This document shows positions 12,178-23,040 of a stretch of DNA of 47,978 bases, piece after piece. The stretch's first letter is position 1, and each line of letters opens with the position of its first letter. Below the pieces are notes generated by a model. It had not been told where the DNA came from and ran no database searches. It saw only the letters and a list, made by a program, of their open reading frames with translations. Source of the DNA: Spongospora subterranea f. sp. subterranea (lineage: Eukaryota); NCBI GenBank assembly GCA_049724395.1, contig JAUGWO010000125.1, positions 1-47,978 on the forward strand. Direction: 5' to 3'. The translations under genes were made by a program, and so were the position numbers.

Positions 12178-12794
12178 CCGAAACCTCTAAAGAAAATCAA
12201 GACAATCGTAAACAAGAGAATCTCCCATTAATCCATAAAGAGTAGTTCGGCGTACAGAGCACGTCGACGGCCCTTATTCGGCAACTTCCCTGGACGAGAC
12301 CCACCAATTCGAGGAGGGATCTGGGCCATTTCCTCATCTCTCCAGACGGTTTCTGAGGAAGGAGAATGGGACCGGTACGTCCCCCCTGTACACCTCCTCT
12401 GCAACCTGCGGGTGACAGCGACGAGACCAGGACGGGCGAGCCTGGATAATCCAAGACCGACGAAACCCGGAGAATGGAGTTCGGATGAGATTGGGTGGGG
12501 CGAAACTGGATGAACGGCACCGGCCGGATAATGGAGGCCAACGTCAGGCTAGCCAGACAGGCACTAATTCGGGTGTCTTGTTTTGAACTAGGATTCAGAA
12601 ATATAATGTTAGGGATTGATGGAGGAATGTGCTATAGCCGACAGGCGAACTAGTTGTTGGAACACAGAAGCAATATTTCTGAATGGTTTATTGATTTTTA
12701 TTTATAAGGGCGGCTTCAAACAGCAAGGTATATTCGCAAAGGATTTCTAAACCTGCACGGTTGCCCTGCGAATTACGGGCATTATTCCATAACA

Positions 12795-14270
12795 ATGGCG
12801 GTCAAGAGCCGTTCCGATGCGGATGGCGCTATATTATATTCGGTGCTCGTCAATTCCCCGGTCAAGGTGGGGGGCGTCATCATCTTCGATTTAGTAGTTA
12901 CAACGGCACTTGGCCGTATACACCTTGAGAACATTGCATTTCAGTTGGTTGACGTGGAACTGGAAGTATTCCTGAGTCGCTCGATTTCGGATCCATTGGT
13001 CTGGATGTTGAGAGCCTATTTCGGGACCTTTCGGAGTCATGTCCAAGATTTGACGTCGCGCCATTGAAGCCAGCTGGCAATATGCAAAGGTTACGACGAA
13101 TTCGTGATGCTTCTCCAGCAGCCGATCGCGTCGATACATCAATGGAGCGGATGGATGACGAATTTGAAACTGAGATGTCATCCATAAGATCCACAAGCGT
13201 GGAAACCAATGAAAGATGCGGTGGGTGGAGGCTGCTGACGCTTTTCCGGTGGAGTTCAAGCCAAAATTACGACAAATGTTGATGAAATCGCGGATATTTT
13301 TCGAAGCGGACTCTCGGCGGATCCGCAGATCAAGATCCCTCCTCTATCTCTACAGTTGATTGATGGCGCTAAGGCGTTCCGATGCCGTCAACGTCGTTAT
13401 GCGCCTACTCATTATCAGTTTCTGACGGATATCTATAAGCAGTTACTAGAATATGGCATTGTCAAAATAATTCGACGCGTTTTGCATCGGCTGCGTTGGC
13501 AGCCCCGAAACCTGGCCGCCCGGGTGAATTTCGACTGTGCGTCGTCTCCGACAGTTGAATGCAATAACGGAGCGATACGTCTGGCCGCAGTGGGACCAAG
13601 AAATTAGTTGCCTCGCGGATGGTTGGCTCGAGCGTGTTTTCGGTGTTGGATGCCGACAATGGCCACTGGCAATTACCAGTTGACAATGCGACCTCAGAAA
13701 CTTTTTCCGTAATGTTGCCACATGGCGTATTCTTCGCAGGGTGTTGCAAGGTTCGGTGAATGGCGTTGGATGGTTCCAGTCCACCGCGTCGGTGATGTTT
13801 GCCGAGGTCGATAAAGTCGAGATTAATATCGATGATGTACTTTCTCACAATTCATCGCATGAAAAACTTCTGCAGCAGCTGCGCCCCGTTTTTGAGTCTG
13901 CACGACGTTTAAGGTTAAAATTGGCGCTGCATAAGCCCCAGTTATTCCGCTCGGAGATATCGTTCTGTGGCGAATTAAATTCATCTACTGGTGTCCGGCA
14001 TGATCCCCTTCGAATTGAGGAGTTGGTTAATTTGGCTCTCCCGCTGACGGCTGGCGAATTGGTGCAATTTCTATGTGCTGCCAACTGGATGCGAGGGTCT
14101 ATCTGCAATTTTGCGGGTATTGAGCTTCCGTTGCAGGAGCTTCTGAACGATTGTCTAAGTCAGACCAAGCGTTGTACAATGAAATAGGCGACGCGTATCT
14201 TACTATTAAATCGGTGGACTCCGGAAATGGAGAAAGCGTTTCAGGCTATGAAGACGGCCGTCGCGGGAAA
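12795..14270 (+). mobile_element. Degenerate Ty3/Gypsy reverse transcriptase region
   Basis: DIFRSGLSADP, FRCRQRRYAP, FSVLDADNGHWQLP, VLQGSVNGVGWFQ, INIDD (YxDD site) and PLTAGELVQFLCAANWMR, with stops and frameshifts. Confidence 0.82.
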
Positions 14271-14929
14271 ATCAATTGGTGGAAGCTGCAGCAACATGTC
14301 CTTGAACGTGGTTATGGTATGGCATGATACACAAAGGTTCGTGGGTTTTATGGGTCGGGTAATCCTGTGTACTACCAGGTTTTCCCTGTTTCCGCCTGGC
14401 CACTACAAGTAGATTGGGTATTAACTGAGGGAACCTATTAGACCAGCTATATTCACCACCATAACCTGTCATAATGACCACACCGATGGGACATCCCCCC
14501 ACTTGATCAATTTGCCTATCCAGAGTTATCGTGTTCACTGCCAGAGGTCAGACCCAATAAAGACTAATCGTACCTAGATTCTTGTCATTTGCCAATATCC
14601 GAACCTGACACCTTCACTGATTGCCTGAACCTCACCATCACCGCTGAATCTGATTTCAGACTCATTCTACCATTCCCTTGTTTCTCGTTTCTCCACAACT
14701 GCCTCATCACTACCACCGCCGAAACTGTACTCCTCCCAATCCTGGTATTTTCTCCACGGGCTCATTATGACGACAGGAGCCCAAGCGACTACAACAACAG
14801 TTGGGAGTGACTCTTGCTCAACTAGCTCAATATCGGCTTGAGAGCACAACTCAGATCAACCAGATCATGAAACCGAACGCACTCCTTTTGGAACAGATTC
14901 GAGATATGATCCTGATCCCCCAGTCAGCT

Positions 14930-16090
14930 TCCTCTTCCTGACCCATTTACACACTTCCTCTATCTCATCCCCCGTCTTCTTCATCTCCCTGACCCATTTA
15001 CCCACTTCCTCTATCTCATCCCCCGTCTTCTTCATCTCCCTGACCCATTTACCCACTTCCTCTATCTCATCCCCCGTCTTCTTCATCTCCCTGACCCATT
15101 TACCCACTTCCTCTATCTCATCCCCCCGTCTTCTTCATCTCCCTGACCCATTTACCCACTTCCTCTATCTCATCCCCCCGTCTTCTTCATCTCCCTGACC
15201 CATTTACCCACTTCCTCTATCTCATCCCCCCGTCTTCTTCATCTCCCTGACCCATTTACCCACTTCCTCTATCTCATCCCCCCGTCTTCTTCATCTCCCT
15301 GACCCATTTACCCACTTCCTCTATCTCATCCCCCCGTCTTCTTCATCTCCCTGACCCATTTACCCACTTCCTCTATCTCATCCCCCGTCTTCTTCATCTC
15401 CCTGACCCATTTACCCACTTCCTCTATCTCATCCCCCCGTCTTCTTCATCTCCCTGACCCATTTACCCACTTCCTCTATCTCATCCCCCCGTCTTCTTCA
15501 TCTCCCTGACCCATTTACCCACTTCCTCTATCTCATCCCCCCGTCTTCTTCATCTCCCTGACCCATTTACCCACTTCCTCTATCTCATCCCCCCGTCTTC
15601 TTCATCTCCCTGACCCATTTACCCACTTCCTCTATCTCATCCCCCCGTCTTCTTCATCTCCCTGACCCATTTACCCACTTCCTCTATCTCATCCCCCCGT
15701 CTTCTTCATCTCCCTGACCCATTTACCCACTTCCTCTATCTCATCCCCCCGTCTTCTTCATCTCCCTGACCCATTTACCCACTTCCTCTATCTCATCCCC
15801 CCGTCTTCTTCCTCTCCCTGACCCTTTTACCCACTTCCTCTATCTCATCCCCCCGTCTTCTTCATCTCCCTGACCCATTTACCCACTTCCTCTATCTCAT
15901 CCCCCCGTCTTCTTCCTCTCCCTGACCCATTTACCCCCTTCCTCTATCTCATCCCCCCCGTCTTCTTCCTCTCCATGACCCATTTACCCACTTCCTCTAT
16001 CTCATCCCCCCGTCTTCTTCATCTCCCTGACCCATTTACCCACTTCCTCTATCTCATCCCCCCGTCTTCTTCCTCTCCCTGACCCATTTA
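14930..16090 (-). repeat. 52-bp minisatellite, ~22 units (C/pyrimidine-rich on + strand)
   Basis: Unit CCCTGACCCATTTACCCACTTCCTCTATCTCATCCCCCCGTCTTCTTCATCT, the reverse complement of the 79-1375 array. Confidence 0.97.
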
Positions 16091-16260
16091 GCCAAGGAAA
16101 ACTGGTTGATGACGACCTTATATTCACATTGATCGAGGAAGCGATGATTAAGTCCAATTCTACTAAATTTCCAATCGACGGATATCCACGAAGATTAGAT
16201 CAAGCTTTCAAGTTTGAGCAACGCATTTGTAAGTGCGATGCCGTCCTGTATTTTGAAGCT
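16090..16260 (+). pseudogene. Orphan adenylate kinase / UMP-CMP kinase exon fragment
   Basis: Not in the ORF track. Manual translation gives SQGKLVDDDLIFTLIEEAMIKSNSTKFPIDGYPRRLDQAFKFEQRICKCDAVLYFEA, containing G.LV.D and the family signature (F)LIDGYPR...QA with L>P. The P-loop and LID are absent. Confidence 0.85.
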
Positions 16261-16274
16261 GGCCAAGGCTGAGG

Positions 16275-19160
16275 TGCCCAGGTGTAAGGTGTATGTCGAG
16301 GCAAACCTCAATAATGCGGTGATCCCGAAACAGAGGACAAGGATGGTCCTTCGCCCATTGCAGATCATTGGCGCTGATCTGCAGACTTTCGATATTCGGT
16401 CGCATGATGGGAAGCGGTATATGGCAATCTAGGCAGATCACGCAACAGGAATGCTGGCAACGGTGAACCTGACAACAAAAGCTCAGCAGGCAGATGTCAT
16501 GATGGGTGTCCTGAAACGATTCGAAGCAATCAGCGGGTACCGGATTGACACGCTAAGGGCGGATCAAGGCGGAGAGTACACGTCTAGGAGGGTCGCAGAC
16601 GAACTTCGACAACACGGCATCAAGCAAGAGTTCTCCGACACAGATCGACCTTTTCGAAATGGACTCGCGGAGACATTCGGGAAGAAGATCGTCAGAATGG
16701 TCAGGGCGGCGCAGGTGCGATCGGGAGTACCGAGGCAGTATTGGACGGAGAATGCCCAATACCAAACGTGGATCCACAACCGTGTGCCACTGGCGAGACA
16801 GGATGGCAAGACAACCCCAATAGAGGAGTTGACGGGTGAAAAGGCCGACCTGACGAGAGCAATCACCTTTGGCTGCGAAGCCTGTGTGAAGATTCGGCGG
16901 AGTCATAAGGCAAAGCTGCATCCGAAGGCGGAAAAGGCATTGCATTTGGGCGTCTGTCAGAATAAGAAGGCCTATCGGCTGTTGCTGTGGTCGAGCCGAA
17001 AGATCATTGGATCACGTGACGTGGTATCTTTCGAGGAGGAGTTCCCCTTCAAGGCGAGCGACGATGGGGAAGCTACAGAGAAGCGTCTGCAGGAAGACCG
17101 CGACGAGACTGGCGGCCGCGGTTAGATCGCGTTGACAGGGACCGTGTCCAGGGCGGACAGGTCGGTCAAGTACAAGTTGATGCACGACAAGAACAGGTTG
17201 CTCAGGGCGGCATACGGAAGGGAACACCTGCTGAACAATCACGAGGGCGATCAGATCGCATTCGGGGACAACCGATACGGTTCGCGGACCTGGACTTTGA
17301 TGGTGAGGTGCGTGGCCAAAGGGCGGCTGCGGTCGTGGAGCGGGAGGATTCCGCAGTAGAGCCAGACACGAGCCAGGATGAGGACGAAGATGTGTTCTTT
17401 GATCCTACGAACGACAATGATTGTGCAAATGATTCGACCAAGAAGACTGATGAGGCCCTGATGGCACTCGTGTCATTGGATCGAATGGCGACGGACCCGC
17501 GGAACGAGCGCGAGGCGATGAACAGCCCGTACAAGAAAGAGTTCTTGGCGGCCGAAGAGGAGGAGTACCAAGCGTTGGTGGATGAGGACGTTTCGACGTC
17601 GTGGACCGGCCAGCTAACCAGCAGGTGATGCCGTCGATGATGGTGCACATCATGAAACGCGATGAAAGAGGGGAGATCGCTCGGTTCAAGGCTCGATTCG
17701 TGGTAAAGGGATGCTGTGATCGGCTCAAAGAGCTGAAGGAGACATATGCCCCGACCTTACGGTATTCGACGTTGCGGGTCATGTTATCACTGGCGGCAAT
17801 GTAAGGCGTCACCATTCATCAAATGGATGTGAAGACAGCGTTCTTGAATGGGGTCCTACCATAGTCGATGTACTGCGAACAGCCGAAACATTTCGCAAGT
17901 GGCGATCGTTCCACAAGGGTGTGGCGGTTGAAAAAGGCATTGTACGGCTTGGTGGAGGCACCAAGACTGTGGTACGAAAAGCTGGCATCAGTACTCGATA
18001 AGATCGGGTTTACAACGGTGCCTGGGGATCCCTGTCTATTCACAACACGCCCGAGGGTGCACGGAACTGATCACCTCATGGTCATCGGTGTGTTTGTAGA
18101 TGGTTTCGTAATGATCGGCACGAATCCTGATGAGATCGATCGCGTGAAGATGGAGTTAGGCAAGGCCTTCAAGATAAAGGACCTTGGGCCAGCACGGTGG
18201 ATTTTAGGAATGAGAGTGCAGCAGGGCGGTCACTACATCACACTAGACCAGGCCCAGTACGCTAGAGGGGTTGTGGAGCGATTTCGGGCTCAAATTGACG
18301 TGTCGATGGGAAGCACGGCCCCGAAGACGCCAATTCCGACCGGTCAGAATCATCCACGACGCAAGAGTGGTGAGCCATACCGGCACGATCAGTACAGGGA
18401 AGGTGTCGGGTGCCTAGCACACCTGTCTGTCGGCGCTCGTCCGGATCTGACACATGCAGTGGCACAGCTGTCCAGACATCTGAGCAATCCGGGACAGGAA
18501 CATTTCACCATGATGCTGCATGTGATGCGGTATGTCGAAGGTTGTCCTGATATCGGCATCAGGTTCAACAAGAATCACTTTTACGCCAAGAAGACGAGCG
18601 AACCGCAGATGGGGGTCGATTCCGATTTCGCATGGACGCAGATACTTCCAAATCAATTACGGGATTTATTGTGCTCATAAGAGGCGCAATCGTATGCTGG
18701 CGTTCGAAACAGCAGAGTATGGTGGCGATGTCATCATGTCATGCCGAGTATATCGCTGCGAGCGAGTTGGCGCGAGAAGCTGCGTGGATTCGAATGCTTC
18801 TGGATGGAATTGGGTTCCGGTTGAGGTATTCATCTATAGTGCTGGAAGACAATACGGCAGCGGAGCAGATGGTAAAGACCAATGCGATTACAGATCGTAA
18901 CAAGCATATTCGGGTCCGATGGCATTATGTCAGGGAATGTGTTAAAGCTGGGCACATTCGATTTGAGCGCGTCGACTCGAAGAGGAATCCGGCAGATGCG
19001 TTGACAAAGCCAACGATCCGGCATGCCATCGACGTCATGACGGATGCGTCAGGAATGAGCAGTGTGCACCCGTGGTTGGTGCCCTAGGGCGGCTGATGTC
19101 GGATCGGAAGGCTGACGACTGGCGGGCGGTGTTGAATCACTCCAAGGCGGTGTTGAATCA
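16275..19160 (+). mobile_element. Ty1/Copia LTR retrotransposon, 5'-truncated and degenerate (IN-RT-RNase H, PPT, start of 3' LTR)
   Basis: Integrase LRADQGGEY..NGLAE..FGCEA; RT FKARFVVKG, ETYAP, QMDVKTAFLNG, LKKALYGL, FVDG; RNase H WRSKQQ..AEY, KHIRVRWHYVRE, NPADALTKP. Then ggcgggcgg + TGTTGAATCA at ~19130. Several stops and frameshifts. Confidence 0.95.
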
Positions 19161-19269
19161 TACCTACATGCGTCAGGGTGGTTATTATCCATGACTTAGG
19201 ATTGTCAATAAACATTATTCGACTAATGGCTGTCTATCTAATACGCCTAACCCCTCTACATTCTATGAT

Positions 19270-19876
19270 GAGTATTGCGAACATCGATAGGCGAATCTTG
19301 TTCGGTGATGTCGACTATTCTTTATTCGCCGTGATTATGTACAACGGGTTTCATTTCACAGGGTTGATATTACCTCAAGGCGGTGGTCTGTACTACGACG
19401 GCATGAAGCGTCCATGCCTGCGCTGGGTAAACATCTCAACGTTCATATTTCCTTCTGGTTACAGAGTTGCCCATAGTCTCTACAAAAAGTACCATACTTA
19501 TGTCATTTGTCATACCTTGTTGCAGCAAATTATTGATATCTGTTTAGGGTCAACCTAGATTGCATGGACACAAGCAGTACTGACGGCACAGCAGCAGCAG
19601 CAGCCATGAGATACTAAACTTGTGAAGAAAACGACGGAGCGTCCCATGAAGAAACCCTCGCTGAAGAAACCTTCAATAGGGTTATCTGTGCATACAGTGT
19701 CAATGAAAGGCAAAAATCCTCAATGCAAGAGTTGCAGCGATTACATTGAAAGAGGGGAGAGCCGCCTGGTCAGCAGTCAAGTCACAAATGCCGAACGAGG
19801 TTGGTGCAGCATTAAGTCCTACCATATTCTCATTAATGCCTGCAAGCAGCCATTGATGAAGAAGAACTTACACTAA
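19270..19876 (+). pseudogene. Fragment with a peptidase His-box-like segment and a PARP-type zinc-finger-like segment
   Basis: YSLFAVIMYNGFHFTG...LYYDGM resembles USP/C19 His/Asp boxes. CKSCSDYIERGESRL...W...YH....C resembles a PARP zinc finger. The reading frame is broken. Confidence 0.3.
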
Positions 19877-20322
19877 ATTCCCTGGAGGTACTGCTTAAAG
19901 ACTACCCTTTGAACAGCTGTGTTCTTCAAGAGTTTTGAATACAATGCACAGCAATTTCCAGATTTTTTGTTCTCTTTCAATGTGATCTTTGCAGATTGGC
20001 TTTTTGAATTTCAACAAGATATCAGATGGAGTTTAGTCGACATCTTTGAGGTCATAACAAGGGATTCCACCAAGATATGTTGATTCATGCCGTCAGGAAC
20101 GACGAGGTCGCGACGGAGGTTTTACCCTTCAATCTTGGATGGAAGACAATGAAGACACCAATTGTGATACTTTGACCAACCAAAGCACTCCAAACCGTCT
20201 TGGTTGTTTTATGAAACGATTTAACCTGACATAAGTCGTATTTGGTGATTTGTAAACACGAAATGCATAGATTGGATTTTGGGTGTTAACGCTCACAGAC
20301 TAACACCCAATTCATGCAACCC

Positions 20323-20503
20323 TTAAAAAACGGGTCGATGTCCATTGTACTGTTATTAAGGAAATGTCATGAGGTCACGGAGTTGGCAGATCCCCGACAG
20401 ATGGTCTGGAGAAAATACGAACAATTCGCAAAATCGGCGATATGATGCCACAGCCCATCGTAAAGATGGCAATTCGGTATTTGTACCGTATACGGTACAA
20501 ATA
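20323..20503 (-). pseudogene. 5' stub of another PaxB-like copy (upstream region + first 7 codons MDIDPFF)
   Basis: ATG at 20345 with the family 5' flank, homologous to 7465-7645 and 26480-26567. Unrelated sequence follows the seventh codon. Confidence 0.75.
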
Positions 20504-20538
20504 ATACCGTAAGGTATTTCATACGGTATTAATACGAG

Positions 20539-20764
20539 CACTACACCGCCAACCGTATTTAGTGTCACCTAGGGTTTGTAACTGCGTGGCCTCGTGGTTC
20601 CTCGACTTGTACCCAATCAGACATGACGTCACTTTGAATTTTGTGCGCAGTGGGTAAAGATACAATATTACCAGTGGAAAAAATCTAGTAAATTTGCCAG
20701 TAAACTTATTATTCGCTTACGGAGTTGTAAACCCTAGGTGACACTAAATACGGTTAACGGTGTA
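20539..20764. mobile_element. MITE with ~40-bp terminal inverted repeats
   Basis: The left end TACACCGCCAACCGTATTTAGTGTCACCTAGGGTTTGTAACT pairs with the right end AGTTGTAAACCCTAGGTGACACTAAATACGGTTAACGGTGTA. The interior is non-coding. Confidence 0.85.
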
Positions 20765-21300
20765 CCGTTTTCGACTTAACGAGGACCTCTTCTCAATCGT
20801 AGTTTCAGGACGAATGCCTGTTCAGCCGATGAGGTATTTGCAGTTGCTGGAGCGATTGAAATATCTTTGGAATCTGTTCACGTAAGTTTTTGAAAGTAAT
20901 TCAATTTCAATAATCTTTTCAATTCTCGAGAAGCAAAATTCTGGTTTGAATCTGATTTTCTCGAAATTTATAAGATTGTTATGCTATCTCTGTATTTGAG
21001 TTGCCGATCATGCTCAAAAGCCATATTGAGGTATCATATTTTGTTAGCGATCTGCCTTTCAAATTGCCCTCGATTATTTCCTTGCAGCAATGATTGATTG
21101 CGTCCAATGTGGTGTTTCGATAACGGTTTAAGTTCTTTTAAATAAAGTTCCACTTCTCGTGTTCATGACGGTTTGTGTCCATGAACTACCAGATGTAATC
21201 TTTTTTCGGTTGTTTTGTCAAGCATCCAATTCCTATCTCTGAAACTATATTTCAGGTTTGAGGGAATCATAGCTCTAGGATAGGCAGCTTTCAAAAGGTT
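20765..21300 (-). mobile_element. Deleted copy of the LINE-like remnant at 29530-31250
   Basis: 20765-21110 matches 29532-29875 and 21120-21300 matches 30875-31050. Confidence 0.75.
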
Positions 21301-21318
21301 CGTTTCACCAGTACATCG

Positions 21319-21660
21319 GTGAATGGCGTTCAATGCTTCTTTGGCTTTGCTAATTTTTACCGTGATTTCATTGTACGCCATCACCAGGTGACAGCACCAC
21401 ATTGCTCATTGACCGAAAGACTCAACATTTTCATGGGAATTGAGTCACCAAGGGAGCTTTTGATGCCATCAATCACGCCTTCACCCAAGCACCAATCTTT
21501 TGCCTCTGCTCGCCTTCTGTCCCTTCGTCCGTTCCATCAATGCACAAAACTGCAACACATGTCACCAACAGATTTACTGCACCCTTCGCCCATCCCAACA
21601 AATTTATGGCGGTCAATCTCACTCGATTTTATTGCAAAAGTTACTAAACTCTGATGGGTC
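21319..21660 (+). mobile_element. Ty3/Gypsy RT-connection + integrase fragment
   Basis: GVQCFFGFANFYRDFI is joined by deletion to ...PIPTNLWRSISLDFI; same family as 43807-46644. Confidence 0.85.
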
Positions 21661-21718
21661 AAAAAATTTCGGGACGAAACACATGTAGAACAGAGAAGCG
21701 GGAAAATGTGTCTTTCAA

Positions 21719-22411
21719 TTAAACAGAGGTGATTGGTTCATCCGTTTGATTGGAGAGTCGGGAGGGGTTGGTTGGCGGCGATTTCGGGTGAAATCCATTC
21801 AACGAATATGAATAGATTATATTAAGAAGAGCGGTGGCGCCAAAGGCGAACATACACAGATAATGAAAATTATAGGAATACAATGACAATATAGTTAGGT
21901 AATCGAACCCCCATTTACAGGTAATGACGTACCAAGATTGCTCACGACATGACCATCGAGATAATAACATGAAAATCAAAGCGGCGGACAGGTAGACACT
22001 TAAGCCAGCCCCTGCCAAAGCCAAGATGACATCTCCAAACTCTGGAATAGCGAAGAAAAAAAAGGCGATCCATGTCAGAAAATATACAGCCGATATCGGA
22101 ATCAGACATCGTTTGACCCAAGGAGCAGTAGTTGGGAAATCAGGATTATCCGGACGAAGAAGATTTCTGTTCGTGAAGAAAATCAACACCAACTCACAGC
22201 ATATCCAGATGACGCTGAAGAATAAAATGATCGAGGAATGGAAGTAGACACATCGAAATATGTTCCAGGCAAGCATGCCATAAAGAGGGCCCAACGGCAT
22301 TGCATATGAGGAGGAGTCCCAGGTCAGAAAGATCAGATACAAATGACCTATCGTCCATACAGCACAAAGAGAAAATTGAAACAGGAACGTTGACAGGACC
22401 AGCACGTCCAT
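21719..22411 (-). CDS. PaxB/Pyr4-family terpene-cyclase-like membrane protein, variant B (230 aa)
   Basis: Intact ORF with the same core as variant A and divergent first and last helices; AWN and LLNIIY are retained. Confidence 0.85.
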   Translation of the reverse strand: MDVLVLSTFLFQFSLCAVWTIGHLYLIFLTWDSSSYAMPLGPLYGMLAWNIFRCVYFHSSIILFFSVIWICCELVLIFFTNRNLLRPDNPDFPTTAPWVKRCLIPISAVYFLTWIAFFFFAIPEFGDVILALAGAGLSVYLSAALIFMLLSRWSCREQSWYVITCKWGFDYLTILSLYSYNFHYLCMFAFGATALLNIIYSYSLNGFHPKSPPTNPSRLSNQTDEPITSV

Positions 22412-22507
22412 TGTACTGTTAGGGAAATGACTGTCATGAGATCACGGAGTTGTCAGACCCCCCACAGATGGTCATCCGCGCAATTGGTGCGATAGGATGT
22501 CAGTCTA

Positions 22508-23040
22508 GGTATTGGTGGAAAATTGTGTAAAAACACTTTCATCGCTTGTTAGACATTTTGGTATTATTTTGTCCTATGTTCCACTTGAAGATGCCTTATT
22601 ACTACAGATCACGACACAATTAACTACAGTACTGTGAGATATTTGTTTCTGCTTTTCAAAGAAACTGTTGAATCGAACGAGAGCGCGCTCATTAGGCCAG
22701 TTGCTGCGGATGATATCTGAGGATTTCGGGCTCCTACTATTCATCACGACTACTGGACTTTTCTGCTTCACGGAAGAATGTTTCCTGTCTTTATTTCAAC
22801 TCATTTCTGCATATCGGAAATCCAAGGATATTCCACGAGATTCCTTCACAAAAGTCGACCATCATCGATATCATCGCGTTTCCGAATCAGAGTCAGGCAT
22901 ATATCTATGAGCTAGATATGAAAGCGCAAGTCTGGTCCTGTGATCAAAGTATTGGTGGAAATTGTGTAAACACTTTTATCGTTTGTTCTAGACATGCTGG
23001 CATTATTTTGTTCGATCTTCCTCTTGAAGATGCCCATTCA
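22508..23040 (+). repeat. Diverged ~90-bp direct repeat (22508-22600 and 22949-23040)
   Basis: gtattggtggaaa(a)ttgtgtaaa..cactt...ttattttg...cttgaagatgcc occurs twice. Confidence 0.75.

Larger units (their letters stand above)
9481..16170. repeat. Right arm of the inverted duplication (cleaner copy, continuous with downstream sequence)
   Basis: Reverse complement of 1-6572. It keeps RT sequence at 13990-14175 that is overwritten by minisatellite motif in the left arm. Confidence 0.95.

Noticed and set aside
19125..19160. Paired LTRs for the Copia
   Set aside because: Only a short tandem duplication of the PPT/LTR start; no matching 5' LTR in the window.
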